Below are positions 19,921-29,883 of a stretch of 64,000 nt of DNA, one piece after another. The notes under the pieces were generated by a model, which saw only the letters and a program-made list of their open reading frames with translations, searched no databases and was not told the DNA's origin. Origin of the DNA: Occultella glacieicola (GTDB lineage Bacteria > Actinomycetota > Actinomycetes > Actinomycetales > Beutenbergiaceae); assembly GCF_004353825.1 (NCBI RefSeq), contig NZ_SMNA01000007.1, forward strand, positions 248,001 through 312,000, in the 5' to 3' direction. Position 1 is the first letter of the stretch; the number at the start of each line of letters is the position of its first letter. The translations under genes were made by a program, and so were the position numbers.

Positions 19921-19983
19921 TCAGGGGCGCGCGGGCGAACGGCTCACACCGGAGCCGTTCGGATACACGCGACGCGTCAGCAC
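19921..19983 (-). CDS. Putative leaderless leader peptide MLTRRVYPNGSGVSRSPARP
   Basis: TACGCT -10 (19996-19991) 7 nt before GTG; single TAT Tyr codon; lies upstream of the terminator and tyrS. Confidence 0.5.
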   Translation of the reverse strand: MLTRRVYPNGSGVSRSPARP

Positions 19984-20076
19984 GCTCGGCAGCGTATCCG
20001 ATCGGGAGAGTGGTGCAGCGTGGAACGGAGGCGGTCGCGGAGGTGCCGCTCCCGTCCGGCGCACTACCGTGTGCAG

Positions 20077-21312
20077 ATGTCACCTCTGCGGTTGGCGCTC
20101 GTCTGCCTGCACACCTCACCGGCAACCGAACCGGGTGCCGGTGACGCGGGCGGGATGAACGTCGTCGTCTGGCAGCAGGCGCAGGCGCTCGCCGCGCTCG
20201 GTCACCGGGTGGACGTGATCACGCGGCGATCCGACCCGGCCCAGCCGGAGCACACGACCCCCAGCCCACACCTGACCCTGCGGTTCCTCGACGCGGGCCC
20301 AGCGCAGCCGCTGCCGAAGGGTGCCCATGAGGATGTCGTGGCGGACTTCGGTGCTGAGTTGGCGCGGGTCGCGGAGCTCGGGCGATTCGGGCGCTACGAC
20401 CTGATCCACTCCCACCACTGGTTCTCCGGGGTCGCGGCACTGCCGGTCGCGCGGTCCCTCGGCACCCCGCACGTGCAGAGCTTCCACTCGATCGCCGCAC
20501 CGGAGGCCACGCCGCTGTCCGCGGGGGAGCGGCCGGAGTCGCCGGGACGGCTCGCCGGGGAGGCGATGCTGGCGCGCGAGTCGGACCTGGTCGTGGCGAT
20601 CAGCGCCGCCGAGGCGCGGACCGTCACCGGCCGGCTCGGCGCTGACCCCGATCGGGTGGTGATCGTCGGGCCGGGCGTGGACAACAACCTGTTCCACCCG
20701 GATCTGCGGCGACCAGGGGCCGGCGGCGCCGGACCTGCGCCGGATCCCGGGCACCTGCTCGTGGCCGGGCGGCTGCACCCGCTCAAGGGGATCGACCTGG
20801 GCATCGAGGCGCTCGCGCTGCTCCCGGAGCCACGGCCGCTCCTGGTGGTCGCCGGCGACCCGGCCAGCGACACCGCCGAGTACGCGCAGTGGTTGCACGA
20901 GCTCGCGAGGGCGCGTGGCGTCGCGGACCTGGTGCAGTTCGCCGGAGCCCAGCACCGGGCGGACCTGGCGGCGCTGATGCGCACGGCGCGAGCGGTCCTG
21001 GTGACCTCCCACTCCGAGACCTACGGACTGGTGGCGCTGGAGGCGTCGGCCTCGGGCGTCCCGGTGGTGGCCGCAGCGGGCGCCGGCGGGCTCGCCGAGG
21101 CCGTGCTCGACGGCGTCACGGGGCTGCTCGTGCCGACCCGCGTCCCCGGCGACTGGGCCGCGGCGATCGAGCGGGTCCTCACCGAGCCGGGCCTCGCAGG
21201 TGCCCTCGGGGGTGCCGGTCGGGACCGGGCCCTCGGCCTGGACTGGGAGAACTCGGCGCGGGACCTGCTCGAGGCCTACGTCAGTGCAACAGCGCGACGA
21301 CCGCGATCATGA
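20077..21312 (+). CDS. GT4 glycosyltransferase, MshA-like
   Basis: HTSP..GDAGGMNV, HSHHWFSG, GRLHPLKG, SETYGLVALEA; TACCGT -10 6 nt before ATG. Confidence 0.85.
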   Translation: MSPLRLALVCLHTSPATEPGAGDAGGMNVVVWQQAQALAALGHRVDVITRRSDPAQPEHTTPSPHLTLRFLDAGPAQPLPKGAHEDVVADFGAELARVAELGRFGRYDLIHSHHWFSGVAALPVARSLGTPHVQSFHSIAAPEATPLSAGERPESPGRLAGEAMLARESDLVVAISAAEARTVTGRLGADPDRVVIVGPGVDNNLFHPDLRRPGAGGAGPAPDPGHLLVAGRLHPLKGIDLGIEALALLPEPRPLLVVAGDPASDTAEYAQWLHELARARGVADLVQFAGAQHRADLAALMRTARAVLVTSHSETYGLVALEASASGVPVVAAAGAGGLAEAVLDGVTGLLVPTRVPGDWAAAIERVLTEPGLAGALGGAGRDRALGLDWENSARDLLEAYVSATARRPRS

Positions 21313-22222
21313 CCGGCAGCGACAACACCGTGGTGACCAGCTGCGCGTCGCGTGCGATCGCCTGCCCCTGCCCGTACTGGAGGGCATAGACCAGCACGTT
21401 CTGCGCCGTCGGGAGTGCCGCCATCAGCACCACGCCGAGCGCCGCCTCGTGATCGAGCGAGAACGCGGCGGCGAGCCCGAAGGCGAGCAGGGGGTGGACG
21501 ACGGCGCGCAGTGTGGTCACGACGACCAGATCGGGCATCGGGGCACGGCCGGCGACCGGCCGCTCGGCCGCGCCGGACCCCTTCTTCGACCCGACCAGGG
21601 ACAGGCCGAGCGTGATCAGCGCAAGGGGGGCGGCGGCGGCCCCGACGAGCCGGAACGGCTCGAGGACGAAGTCCGGCGGCGACCAGGGCAGCACGGCGAG
21701 CACGATCCCGATGGCCGCGGCGATCGTCACCGGGTTCGTCAGCGGCCGCAGGATGAGCTGGCGGCGGGAGGCGGAGCCCGCCGGCCGGGTGTCCAGGATC
21801 GCGAACGCCACCGGAGCCAGCACGAGCAGCTGCACGAGCAGCACCGGCACGACCGGCACGGCGGTGCCCAGCACATAGACGGCCAACGGCAGGCCGAGGT
21901 TTCCGGCGTTGAGGTAGGAGCTCGACAGTGCGCCGACCGTCGACTCCCCGGTGCCGCGGTGCAGCACGAGCCGGAAGACCACGCCGCCGATGACCGCGAC
22001 CGCCAGCGTGGAGACGACGGTGGTCAGAGCGCTGGTGGTGAACAGCAGGCCGAGGTCCGTCTCCGCGATCGTGGTCAGCAGCAGCGACGGGGTCGCGACC
22101 GTGAACACGAGCTTCGCGAGCACGAGTTGGGCGTTCGCTCCGAGGACCTTGGCGGTGCCCAGGATCCAGCCGATGACGGCGATCACCGTCATCGTCCCGA
22201 GGGCGACGAGGATCCCGCTCAC
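21281..22222 (-). CDS. AEC (auxin efflux carrier) family transporter
   Basis: About 10 TM; YLNAGNLGLP and MAALPTAQN motifs. Confidence 0.88.
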   Translation of the reverse strand: MSGILVALGTMTVIAVIGWILGTAKVLGANAQLVLAKLVFTVATPSLLLTTIAETDLGLLFTTSALTTVVSTLAVAVIGGVVFRLVLHRGTGESTVGALSSSYLNAGNLGLPLAVYVLGTAVPVVPVLLVQLLVLAPVAFAILDTRPAGSASRRQLILRPLTNPVTIAAAIGIVLAVLPWSPPDFVLEPFRLVGAAAAPLALITLGLSLVGSKKGSGAAERPVAGRAPMPDLVVVTTLRAVVHPLLAFGLAAAFSLDHEAALGVVLMAALPTAQNVLVYALQYGQGQAIARDAQLVTTVLSLPVMIAVVALLH

Positions 22223-23130
22223 GGGGCCGACCGCTCCTCGAGGAAGCGCTGCACCACCGAGGAGTCCAGGTCACCGAGGCCCGCCGTGACCACCTCCGCG
22301 AACAGGCCCCGCAGGAACTGCACGTGCTCGGTCGGGGTGCCGACCGAGCGCGCCTGCGCGAGGGCGAAGTCGAGGTCCTTGATCATCAGGCGGGCGGCGC
22401 TCGCTGGTTCGTGGTCGTGGGCGACGAACCTCGGGCCCTTGACCTCCAGGAGCCGGCTGCCCGCGTAGCCACCGCCGACGGCCTCGAACAGTGCCGAGAG
22501 GTCCAGGCCCGACCGGTCGGCGATCACCGCGGCCTCCGCGAGGGCCACCGTGGTGGCCGCGACGACCAGCTGGTTGCACGCCTTGGCGACCTGGCCGGAT
22601 CCGAGCGGGCCCAGGTGGGTGGACCGGCCGCACGGGGCGAGCACGTCCGCCGCCGTCGCGGCGTCGGTGTCCGCGCCGCCGATGAGGATCGACAGGGTCC
22701 CGGCGATGGCGCCCTCCCGGCCGCCGCTGACCGGGGCGTCGACCACGCGCACGGCGCCACCTGTACGCTCGGTCAGCTCGACGCCGAGCGCGCGGACGCC
22801 GTCGGGCGCCGACGTCGAGCAGACCACGAGGAGGAGGTCGCCGGTGCGCCCGGAGAGCACTCCGGCGGGCCCTTCGAGAACCTCCCACAGCTCGGGCAGG
22901 TCCGGCAGCACGGTCACGATGACGGTGCACTCGGCTGCGAGGGCCGCGGGTGACGGCGCCCAGACCGCGCCCGCCGCGACCAGGTCCGCCGCCGCCGCGG
23001 GGCGGCGCGCGGTCACGTGCAGGCGCCCGGGATCGTCCGCGGCGGCCAGGAGGTGTGCGGCCATCGGCGCACCCATGGTGCCGAGGCCGATCACACCGAG
23101 GCCGCCGGTGCGGGGCTCGCCGGATGTCAT
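22219..23130 (-). CDS. Beta-hydroxyacid dehydrogenase (3-hydroxyisobutyrate/tartronate semialdehyde reductase family)
   Basis: GVIGLGTMGAPMA, DAPVSGG, KACNQ, KDL motifs. Confidence 0.9.
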   Translation of the reverse strand: MTSGEPRTGGLGVIGLGTMGAPMAAHLLAAADDPGRLHVTARRPAAAADLVAAGAVWAPSPAALAAECTVIVTVLPDLPELWEVLEGPAGVLSGRTGDLLLVVCSTSAPDGVRALGVELTERTGGAVRVVDAPVSGGREGAIAGTLSILIGGADTDAATAADVLAPCGRSTHLGPLGSGQVAKACNQLVVAATTVALAEAAVIADRSGLDLSALFEAVGGGYAGSRLLEVKGPRFVAHDHEPASAARLMIKDLDFALAQARSVGTPTEHVQFLRGLFAEVVTAGLGDLDSSVVQRFLEERSAP

Positions 23131-23177
23131 GCCCGGCACGGTACCGCCGATACGGGCGGCGCCCGGGGGGTGGTCGC

Positions 23178-25100
23178 TCAGTGGACGCCCGGCAGGCCCG
23201 GCAGCAGCGCTTCGATCTCGTCACGGTCCAGGACACGGTCGACCAGGAGCGCGTGCAGCTCGAGCGGTAGGTCCTCACCCTCGGCGACGGTGAGGGGGGT
23301 GTCCCAGGCGAGCGCCGGGCCCACTCCGAGGTAGTCCGCGGCGCGGGCGAACCATGGCCGCGCCGTGGCGCCCTGGACCAGGAGGGCGGTCCAGGAGCCG
23401 TCCTCGGTGGCCCGGGATACGGCGAGCCACGGCGAGGTCGAGCCGTGCGCCGTCTCCTCGCCCTCGCCGTCGGCGACGAGGAGAGTCGTCGGGCCGCCCG
23501 GTCCGAACCGCCAGAAGATCCCGCCGTAGCCGGCGCCCGGCCGGCCGGACGTGGCCGGGCTCTCGATCGTCAGGGCTCGGACGGAACGCAGGTCGCTGCG
23601 CCAGCTCAACTGCCAGCCGTCCGCCTCGGGCCGGGTCACGGCGGTCAGCTCGCGGTCCTCCTCGATGAGCACCTCGCCCTCGTGGGAGTGCCAGACGAGG
23701 TGCTCGGTCAGTGCGGCTCCGGTCAGGGTCATCTCATGCGGGACCTGGGTGCCGTGGTTCTCGAGCAGGGTCGGCCCGGCGCCACGGACGAAGGTGCGGC
23801 CACCCCAGAACGACGTGCCGTTGACCGCCGGCACCGCGAGCGACAGCCCGTACTGGTGGCGGTGGTCCACCGGGCTCTGCTCGGTGACCATGGTGCCGCC
23901 GAGGGTGTAGATCGGGTGTAGGAACGGACGTGGCGCGTGCACGTCCGGCAGGGCCGCGTGACGCTGGTACCGGGCCAGTTCGAGCCCGTCGACGCCGAGG
24001 ACGCCGGCCTCGTCGTCGCGGCTCCAGAGCAGGACGCCCGGGGGAGCGGGCACCGCGCTGGTCTCGGCGCCGGTGACCTCGGCAGCCGGTCCGCTGCGCT
24101 CGCGGGGGACCGGGCCGGAGCTGGCTCGCTCCACCAGACGGGGACGGAAGTACAGCGAGGGTCGCTCGGCGCCGCCGAGGATCAGCTGGTGCAACTGCTC
24201 CCAGGCCTGCCGGCCCAACTCGGATTGCGGTACCGCCATCGTGGTCAGCGACGGCGTCGCGTACCGGGCGAACGCGATGTCGTCGAATCCGACCACCGAG
24301 ATGTCCCCGGGCACGTCCACCCCGGACTCGTTGAGCTTCCCGAGCAGTCCGAAGGCGACCAGGTCGTTGTAGGCGAGCACCGCCGTCGCCCGGGACGCCA
24401 GCACGGCATCGAGCGCCGCGTAACCGTCCTCGATCATGGCCCCGCACGGCTCGTACCGGATGCTCAGGTGCGGGTACTCGCCCTCGAGCGCCCGCAGCGC
24501 CCGCAGCCGGACGGTGTTGGACGCGCTGCTCTCCGGACCGGCGAGGTAGATGAACCGGCTGTGCCCGAGCTTGATGAGCCGCTCGGTGAGGGTCCGGATG
24601 CCGTCGGCGTAGTCGACCGAGAGCACGGGCACGGAGCCGTCCTCCGGGTCCCGGTTCACCACCACGACCGGCCCGGCGACCGCGAGGACCTGGGCCAGCT
24701 CGGCGTCCGGCATCCGGGGCGAGCACAGGATCAGGGCGTCGCAGCGTCGCCGCGCCTCGAGGGCCAGTTCGAGTTCGCGGCCGGGATCCTCCACGCTGTC
24801 CGCCACCAGGACCCGGTAGGAGTCCCGGGCCGCTGCCTGGTTGGCGCCGCGCAGGATCTGCTGGAACATCGGGTTCGCCAGGTCGGGCACCAACAGCGCG
24901 ACGGTCTGGGTCCGGCCGAGGGAGAGGCTGCGCGCGACGGTGCTGGGGCTGTAGTTGAGTTCGGCGGCCACGGCACGCACCCGCTCGGCGAGGTCCGCGC
25001 GGACGGTGGACCGACCGTTCATGACCCGGGAGACGGTGGCTCGGGAGACGCCGGCGGCGTCAGCGACCTCGGCGATGGTGGCGACCCGCGTGGCGTTCAT
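23178..25100 (-). CDS. LacI family regulator fused to a C-terminal PmoA-like (DUF6807) domain
   Basis: LacI HTH and ligand domain (~330 aa), then RPFLHPIYTLGG, DHRHQYG, FWGG, GYGGIFWR. Confidence 0.8.
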   Translation of the reverse strand: MNATRVATIAEVADAAGVSRATVSRVMNGRSTVRADLAERVRAVAAELNYSPSTVARSLSLGRTQTVALLVPDLANPMFQQILRGANQAAARDSYRVLVADSVEDPGRELELALEARRRCDALILCSPRMPDAELAQVLAVAGPVVVVNRDPEDGSVPVLSVDYADGIRTLTERLIKLGHSRFIYLAGPESSASNTVRLRALRALEGEYPHLSIRYEPCGAMIEDGYAALDAVLASRATAVLAYNDLVAFGLLGKLNESGVDVPGDISVVGFDDIAFARYATPSLTTMAVPQSELGRQAWEQLHQLILGGAERPSLYFRPRLVERASSGPVPRERSGPAAEVTGAETSAVPAPPGVLLWSRDDEAGVLGVDGLELARYQRHAALPDVHAPRPFLHPIYTLGGTMVTEQSPVDHRHQYGLSLAVPAVNGTSFWGGRTFVRGAGPTLLENHGTQVPHEMTLTGAALTEHLVWHSHEGEVLIEEDRELTAVTRPEADGWQLSWRSDLRSVRALTIESPATSGRPGAGYGGIFWRFGPGGPTTLLVADGEGEETAHGSTSPWLAVSRATEDGSWTALLVQGATARPWFARAADYLGVGPALAWDTPLTVAEGEDLPLELHALLVDRVLDRDEIEALLPGLPGVH

Positions 25101-25229
25101 GCGTCCGCTCCGGCCGGCGGGGCGGTGGCGGGGCAGGTGACACCGTCGAGGTGGCGCCCGGTCGGCGTGGTGGTCAGCGACATCGCGTGTCCTCCGGATC
25201 GTGAGGTCTGCGTGCAGACTACCCGATCA

Positions 25230-25241
25230 GAAACCGATTTC
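25230..25241. promoter_or_regulatory. Putative LacI operator (second copy at 25421-25434)
   Basis: GAAACCGATTTC and TGAAACCGGTTGCC near-palindromes upstream of the LacI fusion. Confidence 0.55.
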
Positions 25242-25456
25242 ACGACCTCTGCGGCAACACGGGCGAACCTGCCCCCGAAAGCGCGCTCAGGCCGAGTCTA
25301 GCGGGCTCGTCCACGGCGATCCGGGGGTACTCGACAATCCGCGCGTCGGCACGCGCCACGGCGAGGTGCGGTTGGTGTCCGGAGCGCACCGCGCGATATG
25401 GCGCACTGGCGCGCAGAGCCTGAAACCGGTTGCCCCGGGTTGGTGTGTCGGGATGG

Positions 25457-25490
25457 CGAACGGCCCCCTCCCGGGGGAGAGGGCCGTTCG
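25457..25490 (-). terminator. Terminator hairpin after glpK
   Basis: CGAACGGCCC..CTCCC/GGGAG..GGGCCGTTCG inverted repeat 17 nt past the stop. Confidence 0.7.
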
Positions 25491-25507
25491 GGTTGGGGTG
25501 CGTCGGC

Positions 25508-27025
25508 TCAGGCCTCGGTGTCCCCGTCGACCCAGTCGAAGGTCTTCGTGACGGCCTTCTTCCAGTTCCGGTAGAGGCGCTCGCGGTCGCCGGAGTCCAT
25601 CGAGGGCTCCCACCGCTTGTCCTCGGCCCAGTTGTCGATGACGTCCTGCTCACCGCTCCAGAAGCCGACCGCGATCCCGGCGGCGTAGGCGGCACCGAGC
25701 GCGGTCGTCTCGGCGACCTGCGGACGGACCACCGGCACGCCCAGGATGTCCGCCTGGAACTGCATGAGCGTCTCGTTGGCGATCATGCCGCCGTCGACCT
25801 TCAGTTCGGTCAGGTCGACGCCCGAGTCCGCGTTCATGGCATCGAGCACCTCGCGGGTCTGGAACGCGGTGGCCTCCAGGACGGCGCGAGCGATGTGGCC
25901 CTTGTTCACGTACCGGGTCAGGCCTACCAGGGCGCCGCGCGCGTCCGCCCGCCAGTACGGCGCGAACAGGCCCGAGAACGCGGGCACGAAGTACGCGCCG
26001 CCGTTGTCGTCGACCGACTTGGCCAGGTCCTCGACCTCCGGGGCGGAGGAGATGATGCCGAGGTTGTCCCGCAGCCACTGCACGAGGGATCCCGTGACCG
26101 CGATGGAGCCCTCGAGGGCGTACACGGCAGGCTGGTCACCGATCTTGTAGCAGACGGTGGTGAGCAGGCCGTTCTCGGACGGGATCTGCTCCGTGCCCGT
26201 GTTGATGAGCATGAAGTTGCCGGTGCCGTAGGTGTTCTTGGCCATGCCGACCTCGAAGCAGGCCTGGCCGAACGTGGCGGCCTGCTGGTCGCCGAGGATC
26301 CCTGAGATCGGCACGCCGGGGACCATGCCGCCCTCGCGGCCCTTGCCGTAGACCTCGGAGGAGGAGCGGATCTCGGGCAGCATCGACGTCGGGATGCCCA
26401 TGTCCGCCGCGATCTCGGCGTCCCAGTCGAGCGTCGACAGGTCCATCAGCATCGTTCGGGAGGCGTTCGTCACGTCGGTGATGTGGACGCCACCGTCCTT
26501 GCCGCCGGTCATGTTCCACAGCACCCAGGTGTCGGTGTTGCCGAACAGCAGGTCCCCGGCCTCGGCCTTCGCCCGGGCACCCTCGACGTTGTCCAGGATC
26601 CACTTGACCTTGGGGCCGGAGAAGTAGGTGGCCAGCGGCAGGCCGACCTTCGCCTTGTACTTCTCGGCGCCCTCGTCGCCACCGAGTTCCTCGACGATCT
26701 TCTGCGTGCGAGTGTCCTGCCAGACGATCGCGTTGTAGACGGGCTCACCGGTGTTCTTGTCCCAGACCACCGCGGTCTCGCGCTGGTTCGTGATGCCGAC
26801 GGCGGCGATGTCGCGGTGGGTCAGGTTGGCCCGGGTCAGGGCCAGAGCCACGACCTCGCGGACGTTCTTCCAGATCTCCAGGGCGTCGTGCTCCACCCAC
26901 CCCGCCTTGGGAAAGATCTGCTCGTGCTCGAGCTGCCCGGACTCCACGATCTGACCGGAGTGGTTGAAGATGATCGCCCGGGAACTGGTGGTGCCCTGAT
27001 CGATGGCGAGTACGTAGTCGGCCAT
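25508..27025 (-). CDS. glpK: Glycerol kinase
   Basis: [38 protein letters not shown]. Confidence 0.97.
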   Translation of the reverse strand: MADYVLAIDQGTTSSRAIIFNHSGQIVESGQLEHEQIFPKAGWVEHDALEIWKNVREVVALALTRANLTHRDIAAVGITNQRETAVVWDKNTGEPVYNAIVWQDTRTQKIVEELGGDEGAEKYKAKVGLPLATYFSGPKVKWILDNVEGARAKAEAGDLLFGNTDTWVLWNMTGGKDGGVHITDVTNASRTMLMDLSTLDWDAEIAADMGIPTSMLPEIRSSSEVYGKGREGGMVPGVPISGILGDQQAATFGQACFEVGMAKNTYGTGNFMLINTGTEQIPSENGLLTTVCYKIGDQPAVYALEGSIAVTGSLVQWLRDNLGIISSAPEVEDLAKSVDDNGGAYFVPAFSGLFAPYWRADARGALVGLTRYVNKGHIARAVLEATAFQTREVLDAMNADSGVDLTELKVDGGMIANETLMQFQADILGVPVVRPQVAETTALGAAYAAGIAVGFWSGEQDVIDNWAEDKRWEPSMDSGDRERLYRNWKKAVTKTFDWVDGDTEA

Positions 27026-27134
27026 GGTGTTTCCTCTCACTTCCTTGTGGTGCGCCCGGCGGGGCGGGCGTTTCGTGCGATGGGGTCATGGTCGGCCGGG
27101 CGCGAGCCCGTGCGGGACGCGCCCGGCCGGTGGA

Positions 27135-27884
27135 TCAGAGGGTCGCGGTGGCGAGCAGACCGGCGATGACACCGCCGACGATCGGACCGGCGACCGGCAC
27201 CCAGGAGTAGCCCCAGTCGCTGGAGCCCTTGCCCTTGATCGGCAGCAGTGCGTGCGCGATCCGGGGACCGAGGTCACGCGCCGGGTTGATGGCGTACCCG
27301 GTCGGGCCACCGAGGCTGGCGCCGATGCCGACCACCAGGAGTGCGACGGCGAGCGGCCCGAGGCCCGAGGGTGTGTGGCCGAACGCGATGATCACGAAGA
27401 CCAGCACGAACGTCCCGATGACCTCGGTGATGAAGTTCCACCCGTAGGACCGGATCGCAGGCCCGGTCGAGAAGACGGCGAGCTTGGTGCCGTCGTCCGC
27501 GGGCTCGTCGAAGTGCTGCTTGTAGGCCAGCCAGCACACCACGGCACCGATGAACGCGCCGATCATCTGAGCGAGGATGTAGACGAACGCGTTCGGGACG
27601 GTGCCCGCGATGGCCTCGAGCCCTGCGTCGGGGTTCCCCGGGAAGAACTCCGCCCCGTTGGCGAGGAGTCCGAGGGTGACGGCGGGGTTGATGTGGGCGC
27701 CGGTCGAGAACGCGACGTACACGCCCGCGAACACCGCCAGACCCCATCCGAAGTTGATCAGGAGCCATCCCCCGTTGTTGCCCTTGGTCCGGGGCAGCAC
27801 CACATTGGCCACCACGCCACACCCGAGCAACGTCAACATTGCGGTTCCCAGCACTTCAGGCAAGAAGATCGCACCGAAGTCCAT
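27135..27884 (-). CDS. glpF: Glycerol uptake facilitator (MIP)
   Basis: Two NPA boxes (HINPAVT, AINPARD). Confidence 0.95.
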   Translation of the reverse strand: MDFGAIFLPEVLGTAMLTLLGCGVVANVVLPRTKGNNGGWLLINFGWGLAVFAGVYVAFSTGAHINPAVTLGLLANGAEFFPGNPDAGLEAIAGTVPNAFVYILAQMIGAFIGAVVCWLAYKQHFDEPADDGTKLAVFSTGPAIRSYGWNFITEVIGTFVLVFVIIAFGHTPSGLGPLAVALLVVGIGASLGGPTGYAINPARDLGPRIAHALLPIKGKGSSDWGYSWVPVAGPIVGGVIAGLLATATL

Positions 27885-27974
27885 GTTGTGCCTCTCTTTC
27901 TGATTCGGGAGGAACTATTTCGTGAACGCCCCATCGCGCCACAACGCACATACTGCCGCTGCGCGGCCTTGTGG

Positions 27975-29711
27975 TCAGGAAGGCTCGGCGAGCGAAATCA
28001 TCGGGGCGATGTCGCCGGCCTGGAGTCGTGCGTGCTCCCCCTCCTCGTCCGTCGCGGTCTGGGCGGCTGCCTCGGTCGCCGCACGGCGGTCGAGGTAGGA
28101 ACGCCGCTCGGTCTCGCGGCGGGAGGAGTCCCACCCGAGGATCGGTGCGATGATGTCGAGGATCTCGTCCAGGGCTCCCACGCCGGCGTCCGGGACCTCG
28201 TACTCGAGGCGGGTCCGGTGCACCAGCACGTCCTCGAGATGCAGGACGAGTTCGTGGGTGGCGGCGAACGCGATCTCCGCGCGCAGGTACGCCGGAGCGT
28301 GCTCCAGCGGCCGGGCCAGGTCCGGTTGGGCCTCGACCGAGGCGACGATCTGGGTCAGTTGGGAGCCGTACCGGTGCAGCAGGTGGTCGACCATCGCCTT
28401 CGTCCAGCCGTACTTCTCGGCGAACGCCCGGGACTTGCGACGAACGGCCTGCAGCCCCACGGCCCCGGCGAGCGGGATGTGGTCGGTGATCGACGGCAGC
28501 GACTGGGCCCGGTCGCCGAGGGCGAAGTCGACGGCGTCCTTGGCCATGACCCGGTAGGTGGTGAGCTTCCCGCCGGCGATCGCCGTCAGCCCGGGGGCCA
28601 CGGAGGCCACGGTGTGCTCGCGGGAGACCTTCGCCGAGGAAGTGCCCTCCTTCGTGCCCGGCTGCAGCAGCGGGCGCAGCCCGGCCCAGGTACCGACGAT
28701 GTCGTCCTTGGTGAGCGGCTCGGCGAGGACGGCGTTGGCGTGTTCGAGCACGTACTCGATGTCGGTGTTCGTGGCCACGGGGTGACGCAGTTCCTGCGTC
28801 CAGGGCGTGTCCGTGGTGCCGATCACCCAGTACCGGGACCACGGGATCACGAACAGCACGCTCTTCTCGGTCTGCAGGATCAGGCCCTTCTCGCCGCGGA
28901 TCCGCTCACGCGGCACCACGATGTGGATGCCCTTGGAGGCGAGCACGTGCAGCCCACCCTCCTCGGCGGCGAGGCCCTCGGTCTCCTCCGTCCACACCCC
29001 GGTGGCGTTGATCACCTGGTCGGCCCTGACCGTGTGGCGGGCACCGGTCTCGGCGTCGACCAACACCGCGCCGTCCACCCGGTCGGCGGTCTTGGTCAGC
29101 TCGACCACCTGCGTCCGGGAGGCTGCCAGCGCGCCGTACTCGGCGGCGGTGCGGACCAGGGTCACCACGAGGCGGGCGTCGTCGACGCTTGCGTCCCAGT
29201 ACTGGATCGCGCCGATCGCGGCGTCGTGGCGCAGGTCCGGGAACACCCGCTCGAGTTCCTTGCGGGAGATGTGCTTGTGGAACGGCATGGCCCGGCGCCG
29301 CGAGGACAGCGAGGCGAGCGCGTCGTAGAGCCCGACGCCGGAGCCGACGTAGAACCGCTGCCAGAACCGGTGCTCGAGCGGGTACAGGAACGGCACCGGG
29401 CGGACCAGGTGCGGTGCGATCTCGGTGAGCAGCAGGTCCCGCTCGGTGAGCGCCTCGTGCACCAGCGTGAAGTCGAGCATCTGCAGGTAGCGGAGGCCGC
29501 CGTGCACGAGCTTGCTGGACCGGCTCGAGGTCCCGGAGGCCCAGTCCTGGGCCTCCACGATGCCCACCCGCAGGCCACGGGTCGCGGCGTCGAGGGCGAT
29601 CCCTGCGCCGGTCACGCCGCCCCCGATCACAAGGACGTCGAGCGGTGTGCCGTCGGACATCGCGGCGAGAGCATCGGTTCGGGTCTGGGCGGTCAGCGCA
29701 ATGGTGGCCAC
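27975..29711 (-). CDS. glpD: FAD-dependent glycerol-3-phosphate dehydrogenase
   Basis: IGGGVTGAG, GTSSRSSKLVHGGLRYL, GGKLTTYR; GAGGAGG RBS before GTG. Confidence 0.95.
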   Translation of the reverse strand: MATIALTAQTRTDALAAMSDGTPLDVLVIGGGVTGAGIALDAATRGLRVGIVEAQDWASGTSSRSSKLVHGGLRYLQMLDFTLVHEALTERDLLLTEIAPHLVRPVPFLYPLEHRFWQRFYVGSGVGLYDALASLSSRRRAMPFHKHISRKELERVFPDLRHDAAIGAIQYWDASVDDARLVVTLVRTAAEYGALAASRTQVVELTKTADRVDGAVLVDAETGARHTVRADQVINATGVWTEETEGLAAEEGGLHVLASKGIHIVVPRERIRGEKGLILQTEKSVLFVIPWSRYWVIGTTDTPWTQELRHPVATNTDIEYVLEHANAVLAEPLTKDDIVGTWAGLRPLLQPGTKEGTSSAKVSREHTVASVAPGLTAIAGGKLTTYRVMAKDAVDFALGDRAQSLPSITDHIPLAGAVGLQAVRRKSRAFAEKYGWTKAMVDHLLHRYGSQLTQIVASVEAQPDLARPLEHAPAYLRAEIAFAATHELVLHLEDVLVHRTRLEYEVPDAGVGALDEILDIIAPILGWDSSRRETERRSYLDRRAATEAAAQTATDEEGEHARLQAGDIAPMISLAEPS

Positions 29712-29883
29712 GTTGTTCCTCTCCTCCTCGAGCCTGCCTTCGGGCCGCGCGATCCACGTCGGACGCCGACCCAGCTGGCCCTGGGGGACATGTTTGCCCG
29801 CTCCGCACGAGTGCGCAATCATCGTGCACGAATGTGCAACGCCGCTCGGGCGACGTGAGCGATACGTGAAGGCGAGGTATGCG

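Noticed and set aside
19804..20060. T-box riboswitch upstream of tyrS
   Set aside because: No GGTGGNACCGCG antiterminator consensus or recognisable stem I motifs on the minus strand.
23178..24050. Methane monooxygenase subunit
   Set aside because: The PmoA family name is misleading here; the domain is soluble and no pmoBC genes are present.
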